Of a stretch of DNA of 56,705 bases, positions 37,701 through 50,399 are shown one piece after another. The stretch comes from Klebsormidium nitens (lineage: Eukaryota; Plantae; Klebsormidiophyceae): assembly GCA_000708835.1 (NCBI GenBank), contig DF237528.1:1-56705 (forward strand). Direction: 5' to 3'. Within the stretch, counting starts at the first letter, position 1, and each line of letters opens with the position of its first letter. A program made the translations under genes and the position numbers. Under the pieces are notes generated by a model. The model was not told where the DNA came from and ran no database searches. It saw only the letters and a program-made list of their open reading frames with translations.

Positions 37701-39171
37701 TAAGAGAGTCTGCAAAAGTCGCGGTCCTGCAGTCAGCTTCTGCTTTAAGAGCGCCGTGCCTTGTCAACACAAAGGGGCCGGCGTTGCTAAGGGGTTTGGT
37801 CTATCGAGCGCACGCCTCGCTTGGTTGCAAAGCCGGAAAAGCATTGGGTCATGCTGTTACTCCGATTCTCGTATCTGGCGTCGTCATTCGATTGGCTTTT
37901 TGCTGAGTGGACGTCGTACACTCTTCTTTCGATTTTATGATCGCCAAGGAGACTATAAAGTATCATCATTGCGATTAGCTCTCTAGTTGACTTCTTTCCA
38001 ACCCTCACAAGGTGACACTACTTCTTTTCGTGCTTCCAGTGAAAAGCATCCGCACAACTGTTTCTTCTACACGGTATAACGGTCAGACTTGCCGGGCCAA
38101 CCCAATATCCGGTTGCTCTCAACGTAACCGGACGTCGCTTGTTCCAAAAATACACTCTGAGCTTCCTTCAAAAGCCTTCCTTTTCACATTGACTTCCCTC
38201 CCTCAACACTCTCCTGTTTCTGCGCAGCGGCTTATCCTGCTAGTGCTCCAGCGGTCCCCGGGGGATGAGGTCACGGCCACGTCACCCGGATTGCTTGTCG
38301 AGCAGGAGCGAGCCTGGCTGACCCCCCTCCTGGACTACTACCAGGGCAGGGAGGTGAGGCAGTGCCTACACATGTGCGTCGCGACGTATTCCTGTGGCTA
38401 CAATGGCGCTGAAGATTGCGCCCTGGCGTCTGCCGGCTCTGTGTCAAGTCGAGTACTCCGAGGCGAGACGCGTCGTCTTTTGCAGTGCCTTAGCAACCTG
38501 TCCGTCCTGTCACGTGTTTGCCTGTATGACGCCACGATCTCTTGGATTCTGCCGTTGGGATGGATGGAACCTGCAACAGGCCGGCTCTTGAAGCAAAGCG
38601 ATATGCTGTCAGCATCAACGACCTTCAGCCAGAAGCGTCTTACCGCACGCAGCGAACCTGACCCCTTCTTTTTCCTTTCCTCTAGGCGCTTTGGCTGCAC
38701 CGCCGCTTCTTCGCACAGATTAATTTCGCCGGTGCTGGGGCAGAACCCCAAGCCACCGTCAAACAACCGGAGAGTGACCCTAAGGCTTCGACGTCCCCTT
38801 CTCAAGCATCAGACACGGGTGGTACATTCAAAGGGTTTCCTGTTCCGTTTCCCCTCTGGAGTGCAGAGCAGACCTTGGTAGATGAAGTCGACAGTGGGTC
38901 CGTGGTGGCGTCAGGGATCATGGCCTCCGCAGCTGAGTCCTGTGCACGCGAGGAGGCATTTGTGACGGAGGTTGTCGAAAGACTGCGCTCGGACACTAAT
39001 TTAGGTAGTCAAGCTCAGGTATTGCTTGCGAGTAGACACAAGCTCTGGGCACGGATGATACTGTTGAATTCTGCGGGAAGGATCTCACGCTCACTGTTTG
39101 AAAATGCATCCTTGCTTGCAGACTATACCAATCTTGAGTCTGCGGCATGCCTTCGATCCAGCAAAGGCTGA
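34792..39171 (+). CDS. Protein prenyltransferase alpha-subunit repeat protein (PTAR1-like), 7 exons, about 437 aa
   Basis: Exons 34792-34850, 35422-35709, 36052-36165, 36538-36631, 37128-37274, 38228-38353, 38686-39171. DPLIDEVG, NPEHYTAWNTRK, HPKSEATWSHRRW, MNYRAWSHR, DNCGLHYRR, GREALWLHRR. Confidence 0.9.
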
Positions 39172-39259
39172 TCTGGCTCGGCTGGCGCGCCCGGTCAAAT
39201 GTTCGAACCGTCAATCAAAAGTTTCTCCCCCCAGGCTTGTAAAATGTCCCGCGATTGTG

Positions 39260-39850
39260 GCTGACTGAGCATTGCATGATGGCGTAACTAATTACGGGGT
39301 CAACACATGCATGTACATACATCCCGATGAGACCATCGATGATTAAATCAGAGTAGAAGCGGGGGCGTTTGGCGCGTCTCAGAATGTGCCCGGCCCGGCC
39401 ACTCTACTATATAAGGCGGCTGGTTGAAGTCAATATATTCTCACTTAACTGTGCATGGTCAGGTATAGTTCGACAATGACGTATGCGATTACACATACCG
39501 CGCATGCACATGCTGATATACATTATACTCGATATACGTCTAGATTCACGTACCCATGCTAGCTTATTCGAAGTATACACATGTGTGCATGTATGGCCGG
39601 ATGAATTGTACAATTGCGGCAATTGCACATGTGACAATCATCATCAACAGCCACGCATGTAACTGTTCACCTCCAACACTGAAATTTTGATCGATTTGGA
39701 CCACTGATGCTGATTAATTGTTCCGCTCATATGAATTCAATTAATCCAGAATAACATGGTTGACAGTTCTGCCAACCAAGACCCAATCTACATGGCCCGC
39801 CGCCGGCAACCGGTATGCGATCGAACTTGGTACTCGTGGATGGGCCTTAA
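39260..39850. other. Palindrome-word-rich island between convergent PTAR1-like and RING-CH2 genes
   Basis: CATGCATGTACATAC, ATCGAT, CAATTG, CACATGTG words; approximate limits. Confidence 0.55.
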
Positions 39851-40081
39851 GCAACCCAAATGCTTGAGGATCTGCTTCTGACCGAGCGTCCTCCAATCAG
39901 AATCCAGAATCGAGCAATCGACGCTTCAGACAGACTCCGGCACGCGAAAGAAGGGGTTGGGTAGGCGTATGCGTCAACTGACACCATCTGCCAGTCGGTG
40001 TCTATGTACAATCGGAAGCAGGCTATTTTTAGCAGTGTTACATCTATAATACTCTTAATCTCATAGAACTTGTGGACGAAA

Positions 40082-42261
40082 TCAGACGTTGCTCGTTCGT
40101 GGGGAACGAGGCGATGTGGGAGAGGTCACGTTGCTGAAGGGCGTTAGAACAGGTATGGTGTTCTCCGCTCTCCATCGCTGTGCAACCTGCAACAGTAGAA
40201 AGTCTGGTTCATGAGCGACGCAAGAGATCCTAAAAGCAGGCAGTAGGAAATCAAAGCTCGAGGTCAGCTGCTAATAATCTGGAAGAAGATCCGGATCAAC
40301 CCACCTTGATCAATGTGTGAGAAGTTTTCGGCCGTTTTGGAACCTCGTGTTAGTTATCCTTGACGAAGTTTCCGGCAAGCTCAGCGAGGGGTTGAACTGG
40401 CTGGTCCGTAATCCAAACGTCTCTCGAAAACAATCTGGCAGAACGGATGGCGTCCACCAGATTTGAGTTTCTCAAGGGCTTCGTTCCATTACCCCGTCTG
40501 TTCGGTATATGCAATCAACATCGATTTTGATCAGGGAGTGTTTGGCGCACGGAGGCTTCTAACAAAAAGCAAGCTCGGAGCACTTACGTTTTTGAGCATC
40601 ACTATCCCCAGACAAAAGACGAACGAGTCCATCCCAACTGTGATGAAGAACCCCAGGCTGCCCACGTCCGCCTGCAGAGAGTGAAGCAGGATACGAATCA
40701 TTAGCAAGCAGTGTTATGACATCGAACTCTTACAAACTGATTGAATTCGTCCGCAGCCAAAGCTTAAAAACTGTCTGGCACAACCATCACCAGACCATCA
40801 GATGTACAGATCGCGGGCGCAGCTTGAGCCGCAATCTGCCCAGAGACTGTTTCTCAAGGAGAAAGACCCAACGTTGATTGAACGACACAGAATCGTGTAT
40901 CTCAGACTCAATGTCAGTGCGAACACGCACAACCCAAAATGGTGTATCTCAAACCCGACTTCAATGCAAACACGAATCTAAATCCCACTCACCTCGTCGT
41001 TGAGGATAGAGAGGCAGAAGACCCCCGCCAGCGTGATCAGCGCCGCTGCGATGACCGCAAACTCGGTGCAGAAGCCGCACGTGGTCCAGGAGCAGAGCGC
41101 GGCGGCGGTGCAGTTGAAGTACTCGCGGATGTGCAGCCGGTACGGCGCCTTGCACACCTCGCACTTGAACGCGTCCTCCTGCGACACGTCCGCGCGCCGC
41201 CGCTTGAGCCACGCCTGCAGGCAGTGCGCGTGCACGCGCGCCATGCTGCCACCGCACAGACACGGCCTGCGGCGGACGGAGCAGAGACGCAGGGTAAGTC
41301 AAAGGGGGGTAAATGTGGTCTTGCCTGGCATCTGCAACCAACGGTTTGGGGGTCTCCATCTCCCTTCCTTTGATCGAACCACCTGCTTCATTGTCAGCAT
41401 GTTTCCCCGGCCCAGGCACAAAGATCATATCTGACTTCTAGAGCTGATTCAAGGGTCTGCGCTAACTGGAAAGGCTGGGAACCACTGTGGTTGCTTAATT
41501 CCAGGTTTTGACCTTATCCTGAAGCCCTACCACACAGTGCAGGGGGGTAAAGCAGTGCCACTTGTGTGCGATCGAGTCCCATGCAGTTTGCCGACATGGA
41601 CCCTAAGAAAGTAGGAACTGCAGAACTCGCTTGAGAAGCGTCTGAGCAATAAGGCTGCAAAACATTTCCAAGCGACCTTCCGCACCCCTAAATCTGCAGT
41701 ATCTGGCCAGATCATCTTAGTTGTCCTCATGATTCTTGGCAATAACCCCTCGTCATTGATTGTCAATCCAAGGATGGAATGCATTTTGAATCCAACATCA
41801 ACGCCGGGCCAAAAATCCAAACCAATTCGCATGAAACAACCGCAGTTGCCACACTATCTCCCCCTTCAATGGCACTTCACACTCTTAGCTTGCCCCCACC
41901 TGATCATCTTCTCCCCCGGCTCCCGCTCCTCCTTGCATATCCTGCACTCGTCCACGCTCTCACTACTGCTGCGCGCAGACCCTTTAGACAGGCTCCTCAG
42001 TCCGGGGGGGATCTCCCCTTCCGTTCCCTCCTGCCCCCCTCCCCCGGCCTCAATATCGGTCCTCAGCAGCGGCGCCTCTAGGCCCATTTCAGCCTCTCCC
42101 TCTGGCACTGCCTGCTTCCCCTTTCGTGACTCGCTCCCCCGCTCCGAGGTCTCGGCCTCGGAATGCGTCCGCATATCGACCGTTGTTATTCCGTCTTCCA
42201 TGGTTGTGCTGGCAGGCGCTTTTTCGGTCGCAACTGCGATGTCGCCATTAGCTCCGCCCAT
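40082..42261 (-). CDS. RING-CH (MARCH-type) membrane E3 ubiquitin ligase, paralog 2, about 274 aa
   Basis: Exons 41900-42261, 40993-41266, 40588-40671, 40082-40186. CRIC..PCLCGGSMARVHAHCLQAW..CEVC plus two TM segments; same intron positions as paralog 1. Confidence 0.88.
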
Positions 42262-44678
42262 TGGGCACGTCCGCTGCTCGGAATCGAATCAGAAAAATAC
42301 CAGCCTGGATTCCTGCTCCTGTTGCCCTGCACAAAAGAGGAGTCATCAAGGGGATAATAAAAGCAGACCCAGCCGGACCTCCATGAAGGAGCTCACAAGT
42401 TTTCACGCAAAAACTTATGTCTCGGACTCGAAAAAGCGAATAAGCAGGGCTGAGCCCAAAAAACAAACAAGGAACAAAGCAAAGGGCTAAAGCAAAAAGT
42501 CCCCACAAGCAATAACAGTGAGCTCTGCACGAACGTGGTTGAAGCTGCACATTCCCGTTTTGCGATTATGCTTGCGTTTGCAAACCTACGAAACCTGGTC
42601 TATGTAAACCAGTACAAAGTGCAACTGAGAAAGTCTGTACATCAACCACAGGATGGACACCTGAGGCTCAAGAAGCAGAACAGCTTTCGCTACTGTTGCA
42701 AACCACTCTAGGCCCCTGCTGATAACTCTGACAATATGCACTTGCACAAGCAACGGTGAACACGAAGCACCTTAGTGAGGAGAAGAGACTTGCAAATCAG
42801 AGTAGCCAGTTCGGAAGCAACTGCTACTGCTTGACGAAGCTTTTGTCAGATTGATTGTTGTTCGTCATTTTGGCAAACATTCAACAATGCTGACCAGATA
42901 CCCATACCTAGCATCAAAGAGAGGTTTGATATGCAGCACACTTGCGAAAAATATCGTGCACCAATCCAAAGGCAACGTTAAACCGAGTCCGTCGAACATC
43001 CGTTGTTGGTTGTGGCTGCAAAAACTTCGAAATTCCTGATTCCGCAATGAAAGCCATCTACTACAGACCTTACCTGATCCTTCAAGTAAGTTGCAAACAA
43101 CCTGCTAAAGTTCTTGTCCGTTGCAAGACCAGACAATCCAACCCGCCGTTTGTCGCCCAGAGAGCCACTGCCACGATTCTTTCACCAGGAGCGTGCTGTC
43201 CAAAGAAGAGGGCATGGTTCCTGTTCATGCACGGCGGGCACCACTCAAGTTCAACCTCGAAGGGCGCAGCTCCAGCTGCGCTTATTCGCGACTCTAGCTG
43301 ACTGTGTCCGTCACCATGTGCAGCCATGTGCAGCTGCTCCGAATTCCATGGCAAGAAGTTGAACTCATCATTCTCATGGACACTGTCAATATTAATATTA
43401 AATGTCATGGTGTCTGGTCGTAATAGGTGAGGGGAAAAGGTACGAGCTTATAAACCACGTAAGTAAAGGCAATATACGATCTGGAAGCGCTGACAAAACT
43501 TACTGCAGAAGGGAAAGCAACATATCCCCGTCGGACATCTAGTTGTAAATCCTTCGACGAAAGCAACATGCAAAATTAGCTTATATTAGTATGCTGTTCA
43601 TAATTGATGAAGACCAATGCCAATGATCCTTTCTCGAGAGCAAGTTCATGAGGTGTCTGTCTTTCGTCGAAGGCTTTGCTTGCTTTCCCTCGCCCTTGCT
43701 GCACTGTGGCAGACTGGAGACCTTTGTGGCCTCTTTCTGGCCCTGCGTAGGTTGATTACACGAACGCTTTTGCAAGCCGAGCTGTTGTTTAAGAAAGTCA
43801 GATTCGCAGGCGTTCAACAAAGCACGCAATGGCGTCAGCATTGGCGGTCCAAGCTGGAGTTGGCACACCCTGCAAGGTAAACAAACACTTCAAAGTACGC
43901 ATTCATGCATGCATGTTGTCTGTTGTTATGCTTTTGAAAATTCCTGCTTCCATGTCGACACTCTGGGTTTAGCGCTGGTGCAACGGCAATTGAGTGTGAC
44001 CACCTTATCCATCAGACCCCCCAACTTTTGCAAATAAATCCCTTTGCCATCTCTTCCTGTAATTGGCACTGCCATGTCCACAAAGTTGCCTCAATGTCCA
44101 CAATGGCACTTGCTGTGTTCAAGGAGAGTGGTGGTTATGGTATGTTGGCGTGTTTATGGAGTTTTGGACGTAACCATTACCAAATCATAGAGGGTACGCG
44201 GTTGTGGGTGGCAATAGGGAAGGAGTATTTGGAATCTCAATCCGCGATTAACAATGCCTGCCCTTCACTTTACAGTGCTCTGATTGCAGTTGGTGGCTTA
44301 GTGGTCAGTGAATTGTTCTTATTGGCGGGTAGGAGTCATGATTGATACATAGCCGTCTGTCAAAAACAAGATCTGTCTCGTCGTCAACCACGTCACTTGG
44401 TGGCATCATCTTTGTTGATGGGGTTTGCCAAGATTGTGCCAGATTTTAAGTAGGAGTCCAATTGATGAGAAACTGTTATGAAGACTTGGGCCAAAAAATT
44501 TTGTGCTTTGAGGGTCAGCAACTCTACCTGCCCGGGGATGAGCAAAGCACCCACTTCAAGCATCATTTGAACGGACAAAAAGATCTTCCATCTTTGATGT
44601 CTTTGAGCCAGTCGCTGGCGCCAACGTTGTGTCAAAGCTTTCTGCTCAGAACTGTTGTGCAAAAGTTCAATTTCTTCA

Positions 44679-47600
44679 ATGCAGCTGGGAGCCACCTCCG
44701 CAAGCAATGGCACTGCGTGTCAGTCCTCTCCTAGGGTCGCATCTTTCTCTAGCAGCTCCCTCTTGGGGTCCCCTCTCTACTCCAGTTCACTTTCTATCAG
44801 GGGCCGCGGTCTTAATCTTCGCGTGTCTGGGGTCCGGAACAGTACAGCGCTATCCCATAAGAGCGTCACTGCACAGTTAGAGGACAACAGGTCCCTTCCA
44901 GATAATATCATTCTTCCGGAGTTAGAAACTTCACTAACAGTCAAGGACCCTGAGATTAGGAGCAGAGGGTTTCCCGTCGGGGCCTATGTAGCTGGGATTG
45001 TCATTGCTGCGGCGTGCTCGCTCGCAATGCCGAAAGCTGCGCACGCAAAGGAGGGGCTGGCGTCAGCCCCACCTGCAACCTCGACACAAAAGTCATCTTC
45101 GAAGGTTCAGAGTAAGTCTTCCTGTGCCTCTTCTTACCACATTCGTTTTTCTGACTGTTTGCGCAGCGGTTTCGCATGCATGTGGATGAAGTCATAATCA
45201 GAGTGGGCAATACTGTCAAGGTCAAGGATGAGTAACCAGTGCGTATAAAAACCGTTGCTCAGGTTTCCGGGTCAATTTTGATTGGCTTTTTGGTGCACAT
45301 TCTACCTTTGCCTGGAAGTAGCATCAGGTCTATGCTTTCATTGGCGAGCGACGGATTGAGGTCATAGGTTGTCGCCGTGGTTTTCATAAGGCCAGTCGTG
45401 CCCTGAATGTTGGCATGTTGTGCCCATAAGGGGGCAAGCATATGTCTCGAGAACGCTTACTGATGGTTTTGTGATTGCCTTTCATTGGCAAGTGTTGCGG
45501 GCCGACCACCTCTATCTTCAAATCTGTTGCCTTTCAAAAGATTGTCTTTATTACGCTACGAGTCTCTGGCATCAGTGTGCCTCTGCACCCAATCCTTCTC
45601 TCCCCAAGCCTCTTTTCCAAGCGCACTGCTATGTGTTTGGTGCAGTCCCGAAGAAGCGCCCCGGGGTGCAGCGGCATCGCCTCGATCCCGATTCGGTGCG
45701 GACGGTCCCCCTGCCCAACCGTGACGGATCTCTTCCCACTACTGACGAGAGGGCAGCCAAGATTGAGGCTCGCAAGCAGCAGGTAAACCTCCCAGGCCAT
45801 CAGCAAGGAGGTTGAGGCGCCATTGCATTGAGTACTCCATTTGATATGCGGCATCCAAGCTCGATTCCGGGATGCTATTCCAAACCCCCCCTCTTTCTCG
45901 AAGCCTTGGCTCGATCTGTCTAGTAAATCGCGCTTCTTACCGAGGATTTCGGCCATGGGCTTCGAGGTCTGGCTTCGTTCGGGTGCCGTAAGTGCAGCCA
46001 GTCAGAGTGAAGGCCGTCGGCAGAAAGCCGTCTTCATTAGCTGCCATTTGGGAGGAAATGATTCCGGTTTGCATTGGCCGTGCCTAGTTACACATACCAG
46101 TCGTCAGTCGATGTGGCTGTATTTTAATAAGCCTTGGTGAAGGGGTTCCTTACTTCTGAACTGCATATGAGATTCTGGTTTGGGCTTCTCTATGATTGTA
46201 AGCTTTGAAACTCCAAGAACCTTTCCTTTCGACCAGGCTTCGTTAACTCCAATCGCCTACGAGCATGGTCCGGTCAGAGTCCGGTCAGATGACGTCAGCT
46301 TTGTTGTGGGCGGCCGTCGCCAGGTTGCGCACTCAGGAGGCTGGATTAAGTCTAGTCAAAAGCAGAGGTTTTGTGTGGGTAATGACGTGAATGATGTTGT
46401 CTGATCTCATAAGTACTCACGCGACATTATGACTGAACGCCAGGTGGCGGAGTATAAGCGGCGCGTGCTGCGCAAGGAGGCTGCGGTCAATTGTCGTCAA
46501 CTTCAGGATTCTGCGTGATGACGTTCACATTGATGTCTGATTGCATAGTTGTATTTCGATGTCTTTGATGACGTCAGCACGTGTCTGCCAGGTGGCGGAG
46601 TACAAGAGGCGCGTGCTGCGCGAGGAGGCTGCGATCAAGTCGAAGCTGGCGGAGGACCCGCGCGACGAGAAGGGGCTGCAGCGCCTGGTGGACGTGCAGC
46701 TCATGAAGAACGACTACGACGCAGTCAAGGACACGCTGCGCAAGATGATCGACTACTTCCCGGACGACTACCGCTACAGCCTCATGCTCACAGAGGTCGC
46801 GGTGAGCTTCCCATGCAGTCCTGATTCAAACCCGTATTTGAGTCGGGGTCATTATAACGGAGAGAATAGCAAATTTCCCGCTATGCGCATCAAGAACATG
46901 CCGCGCAAATGATTCAAATACTTCACCGACGACTACCGCTACGGCCTCACAGAGGTTGCGATGAGCGATTCATCAACTCCAGAGTAGTGCTAATCTGGAG
47001 TCGACGTGACTGAACGGGTGTGTCTCGAGCGTGCCCATGGCAGGCAACAGATCCGCAGGAAATCAAACGACGGGGGTACCGCTAATGAGGCCGCGACTTT
47101 CGAGAAGGACTTTGGTGTGGGAGTTGTTGCGAATGCTGGTGTGCTGTCCGCTTTAGAAAAGAAGGACACCCTAAGCTTGAGTGTAGCTTTAAGTAGGGAC
47201 GGGCTGAGGTCCAAAATCAGGTCTTGTCGTTGTCATCAGTAATGTCTCGTAAGGAGGCACGTCCTCCTTCGAGCGTACTCCGCAAGTGGTTCGGAATGAA
47301 TTAAGCGAAGCCCGCTCTTCTCGTCGAAAGTTGGCAGTTCAAACAGGTTCTGGACGTTTCGAGACAAATTCTGTGCCGAGAAATAGGCACACTGCTTTCT
47401 TTTGAAGGCACGAAATCGACATTGCGGCCTCCGTTGTGCGGCCGTCTCCCACGCACTCCTTTGCAGTGTTTCTCAGCTCTGTTTTTCCCATTTGCGTACA
47501 TGCAGTCAGGAACGCGCAACCTGGACGAGGCGCTTGAGGTGGCTAAGACCGCCAGCGACAAGTTCCCCCGGGTACCTGAGATGGTCCAGGTGAGGCCCCG

Positions 47601-50327
47601 CACAACCGGCGCACTTTGCCGCCTCTTTACGGATCCAAGAATCCACACCCTGTGCAACTGGTCTTGAAGCTGCTGGTTTGCAGCTGCTTCCGAGTAACCC
47701 GCCATATTCAGTGTCATCTGAATCAGACTTTTCGCATCCAGTAAATAGGTTAATCAGTCTAACCAGGTTCTCCACCAAAAGTGGTAGCTTGCTCCGGAAA
47801 AGCTGTATGGGTGGCGGGAAAGGGGCACAAAATGTACAAGGATGCTTAGCGGCAACAGGGCACAAAGTTTCAACCCTTGCCAGGCACGTGTCGAGTATGT
47901 AGGCAGCTGGCGATCATCCGTCATTCCGAGTTTCCATCATCGGAATCCTGAGGGGTTTCACCCGTTCGTACGTCACGCGTCCCTTGAAGTCCTAACAGAC
48001 TGATTGATTGGGACAAGAGGTCCGGGACTCACCTTCTTCCTTATGCTGCAAGTCACCGCAAATTCACCAATGTTTGTCAGGGCAATCTGCTTGATCCAAA
48101 GTCGCTCTGAGCTTCGAGAAAGACCATCTTTGTGGTCCAGGAAGTCAACCGCACTTCCGATACCGTTGGATTGGTAAAAGCATGTTTAGTTGTTACTTTT
48201 GAAGGCCCGCTCGCCTGATCCAATCTCTGAAAGCCCTGCTGCGGTTGCCTGTCAGACGTACGCGATGATGCTGCTGGCGTCGGACAACCCGGACGGCGCG
48301 CTGACGTACGCGCGTGGCAAGGTGGAGGAGGCGGAGCGCACGGAGGCGGGCGAGGAGAACGGCAAGGAGTTCAGCGTCGGGATGAAGCTGCTGCTGGGCC
48401 AGATCCTCTCCGCCGTCGTGAGTTTCTTATCCAAACGGACCAGATTTTGTGCTTTGCGTACTGTCTCGTCGAGGATGAAGCTGTGTAGCCAGTTTGACGT
48501 CTTTTGCGGGTGAAGCTGTTGGACGAAGCTGCTCCTGGGCCAAATCCTCCGTGAGTGCACCCTGCGGGGATTCGCGCACTGCTTTTTGAAGGGTTTTGTC
48601 AAGAGTAACGGACTGCCGGCAGCCGTGGAATAGTTGAGACCTCGTGGGTGCAGCCATCTGTGGTCGAACCTGACGGTGCTTGTTACGCTGGAGGAGGTGA
48701 AGAGCAGCACGCGAGCGAGAGTTGTTATAGTCTGCTAGGCTTTTGAGAAGAAGGACGTCATCATGGCGAGGGGATTGTGGGGAACCCGTTGAGGAGACCT
48801 TCCGGCAAACAGCTTCGATAGTACTGTGACAGCAGAAAAGCTGGAGGCTGTCGTTTCTACCTTGTCCACAGGATCTGGCAGATTACGACTTTCCTTTTCT
48901 CCCGGCACGTCAGTAGTTCCAAAAATTTGACAGATTCGGCAGTCAGCACGCAACGAACACAACCAGAACGCTACTCACAAAACGAGGATCCAACTAAATC
49001 TCCAACGTACAAGCAAGATGTTGGCAAGTCTTGCGCGTCAGCGTTGAGCCAATCTTTAAAGATATTTGTACCGACCCCTGCTTTCATTTCTTGCAGGGCG
49101 ACTTCGACGGCGCGCACGCGCACTTTGCGGATATGATTGCGGCGGACCCGGCCGACTTCCGGCCGCGCGTGAGCAAGGGCCTGCTGTTCCAGCTCAAGGG
49201 CGACACCGCCGCCGCGGAGGAGCAGTTCGCCAAAGTGATGGAGCTGCTGCCGCCCGACTTCCCCGAGCGCGAGGCCGTCGTCGCCATGATCGAAACCGCG
49301 CGTCAACAGGTGGGCCGTGCCACGTGGTGCTTGGTTCTCTTTCCATGCGAATTCATTGGTATCGGCAGGGGTTTAGATTCAAGCTTTTCGTGTCCCGCAT
49401 GTGTGATTGACACCGGCGCTAACAGGTGGGCCACGTTGGGCAGTGCTCTGAGATTCTGTCGTACGACCTGCTGGGTCAAAGAAGTCCGTATATAAGTACC
49501 CCCGTGTTTAGCACACCGTCGCGTTTTGAGAGGGCGGCCTTCAGAGCCCCACCCACAAAACGCGACGGGTGTTTCTATCCTGGCAGTCTTTGAATTTCTC
49601 TTGCAAGCTTGCGCGGGGTATGGAGTGGAATGTGGCATGCATTGCTGCTGTCCAGTCCCCGTGCGCCGTCCCGGCCGTTTGGGGGGCGTCTTCTCCGGTT
49701 CGCACATTGAACGTATTTCATGCGTTCCCAAGTTGCAGTAGTATGCCGTAGTATGTCGTAGATTTGTCCCTTTTGCCAAGTCATCACAAATCCGGTTCAG
49801 GAGAGCTGCACATTCCGTGCACGAGCCTCCCATGCACCAGTAGCGGCACTTCAGTTTGGATCATTTCGTTAGCGCTGCTCACTGGTTCCGAAGCTATACT
49901 TGCTCGTATGAAACTCGATAGCCAGTTATTTCAAAGGAAGGTGACAATTACAGTCGCCCGTTGCATTCATAATATTCTATTGTTATACGAGCTGAGACAA
50001 CCCCGCCTTTCAAACCTTGCTTTGTTTCCGGAAGCGGCATTTTGACAAGATATGGAGGTTTATGGTGGTTTGAACCGTGTAGTCTTTCGAGACAGCGTAT
50101 CCTTTCGCTTGTGACCAGAAGCACTTTTCCGCACCAGAAGCTCACTGCTCTTGTTTACGTGGTCGCAGAAATTCCCGGACGCCGATGAGGACGAGGAGCA
50201 GGGGGAGGGTGCGGCAGAGGAGAAGCAGATCGAACGGGAGAACACTCAGAAGCAAGAGAGCCCAAAAGCGGAGAACTCCAATCAAGATCAAAGTAAAGGA
50301 AAGAAGAAGGGCTGGAAACTGTGGTAG
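44679..50327 (+). CDS. Plastid-targeted TPR protein, SLOW GREEN1-like, 7 exons, about 465 aa
   Basis: Exons 44679-45111, 45646-45782, 46592-46801, 47506-47589, 48256-48417, 49097-49309, 50169-50327, in phase. Ser-rich transit peptide and A-H-A motif; TPR helices; DPADFRPRVSKGLLFQL..AEEQF...LLPPDFPER resembles the SG1-family C-terminal motif. Confidence 0.75.
46380..46490 (+). repeat. Degenerate intronic copy of the exon-3 acceptor and 5' end of the SG1-like gene
   Basis: CAG|GTGGCGGAGTATAAGCGGCGCGTGCTGCGCAAGGAGGCTGCG (exon-like part from 46444) vs real CAG|GTGGCGGAGTACAAGAGGCGCGTGCTGCGCGAGGAGGCTGCG (from 46592). Confidence 0.9.
46887..46966 (+). repeat. Degenerate intronic copy of the exon-3 3' end and donor of the SG1-like gene
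   Basis: ..TACTTCACCGACGACTACCGCTACGGCCTCACAGAGGTTGCGATGAGC vs ..TACTTCCCGGACGACTACCGCTACAGCCTCATGCTCACAGAGGTCGCG|GTGAGC; donor GT is AT in the copy. Confidence 0.88.
48471..48560 (+). repeat. Degenerate intronic copies of the exon-5 3' end of the SG1-like gene
   Basis: GGATGAAGCTG.. and GAAGCTGCTCCTGGGCCAAATCCTCCGTGAGT vs GGATGAAGCTGCTGCTGGGCCAGATCCTCTCCGCCGTC|GTGAGT. Confidence 0.75.
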
Positions 50328-50399
50328 CTGATCAGGCCGGCATCCTTTGACTACTGCGGATTTTCGGTTTGTAATGCATGACCAATAGAAAACGGAGGC

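Noticed and set aside
43082-44713. Several 95-120 aa ORFs between RING-CH2 and the SG1-like gene
   Set aside because: No consistent splice model or recognisable family; a degraded gene or element cannot be excluded without a search.
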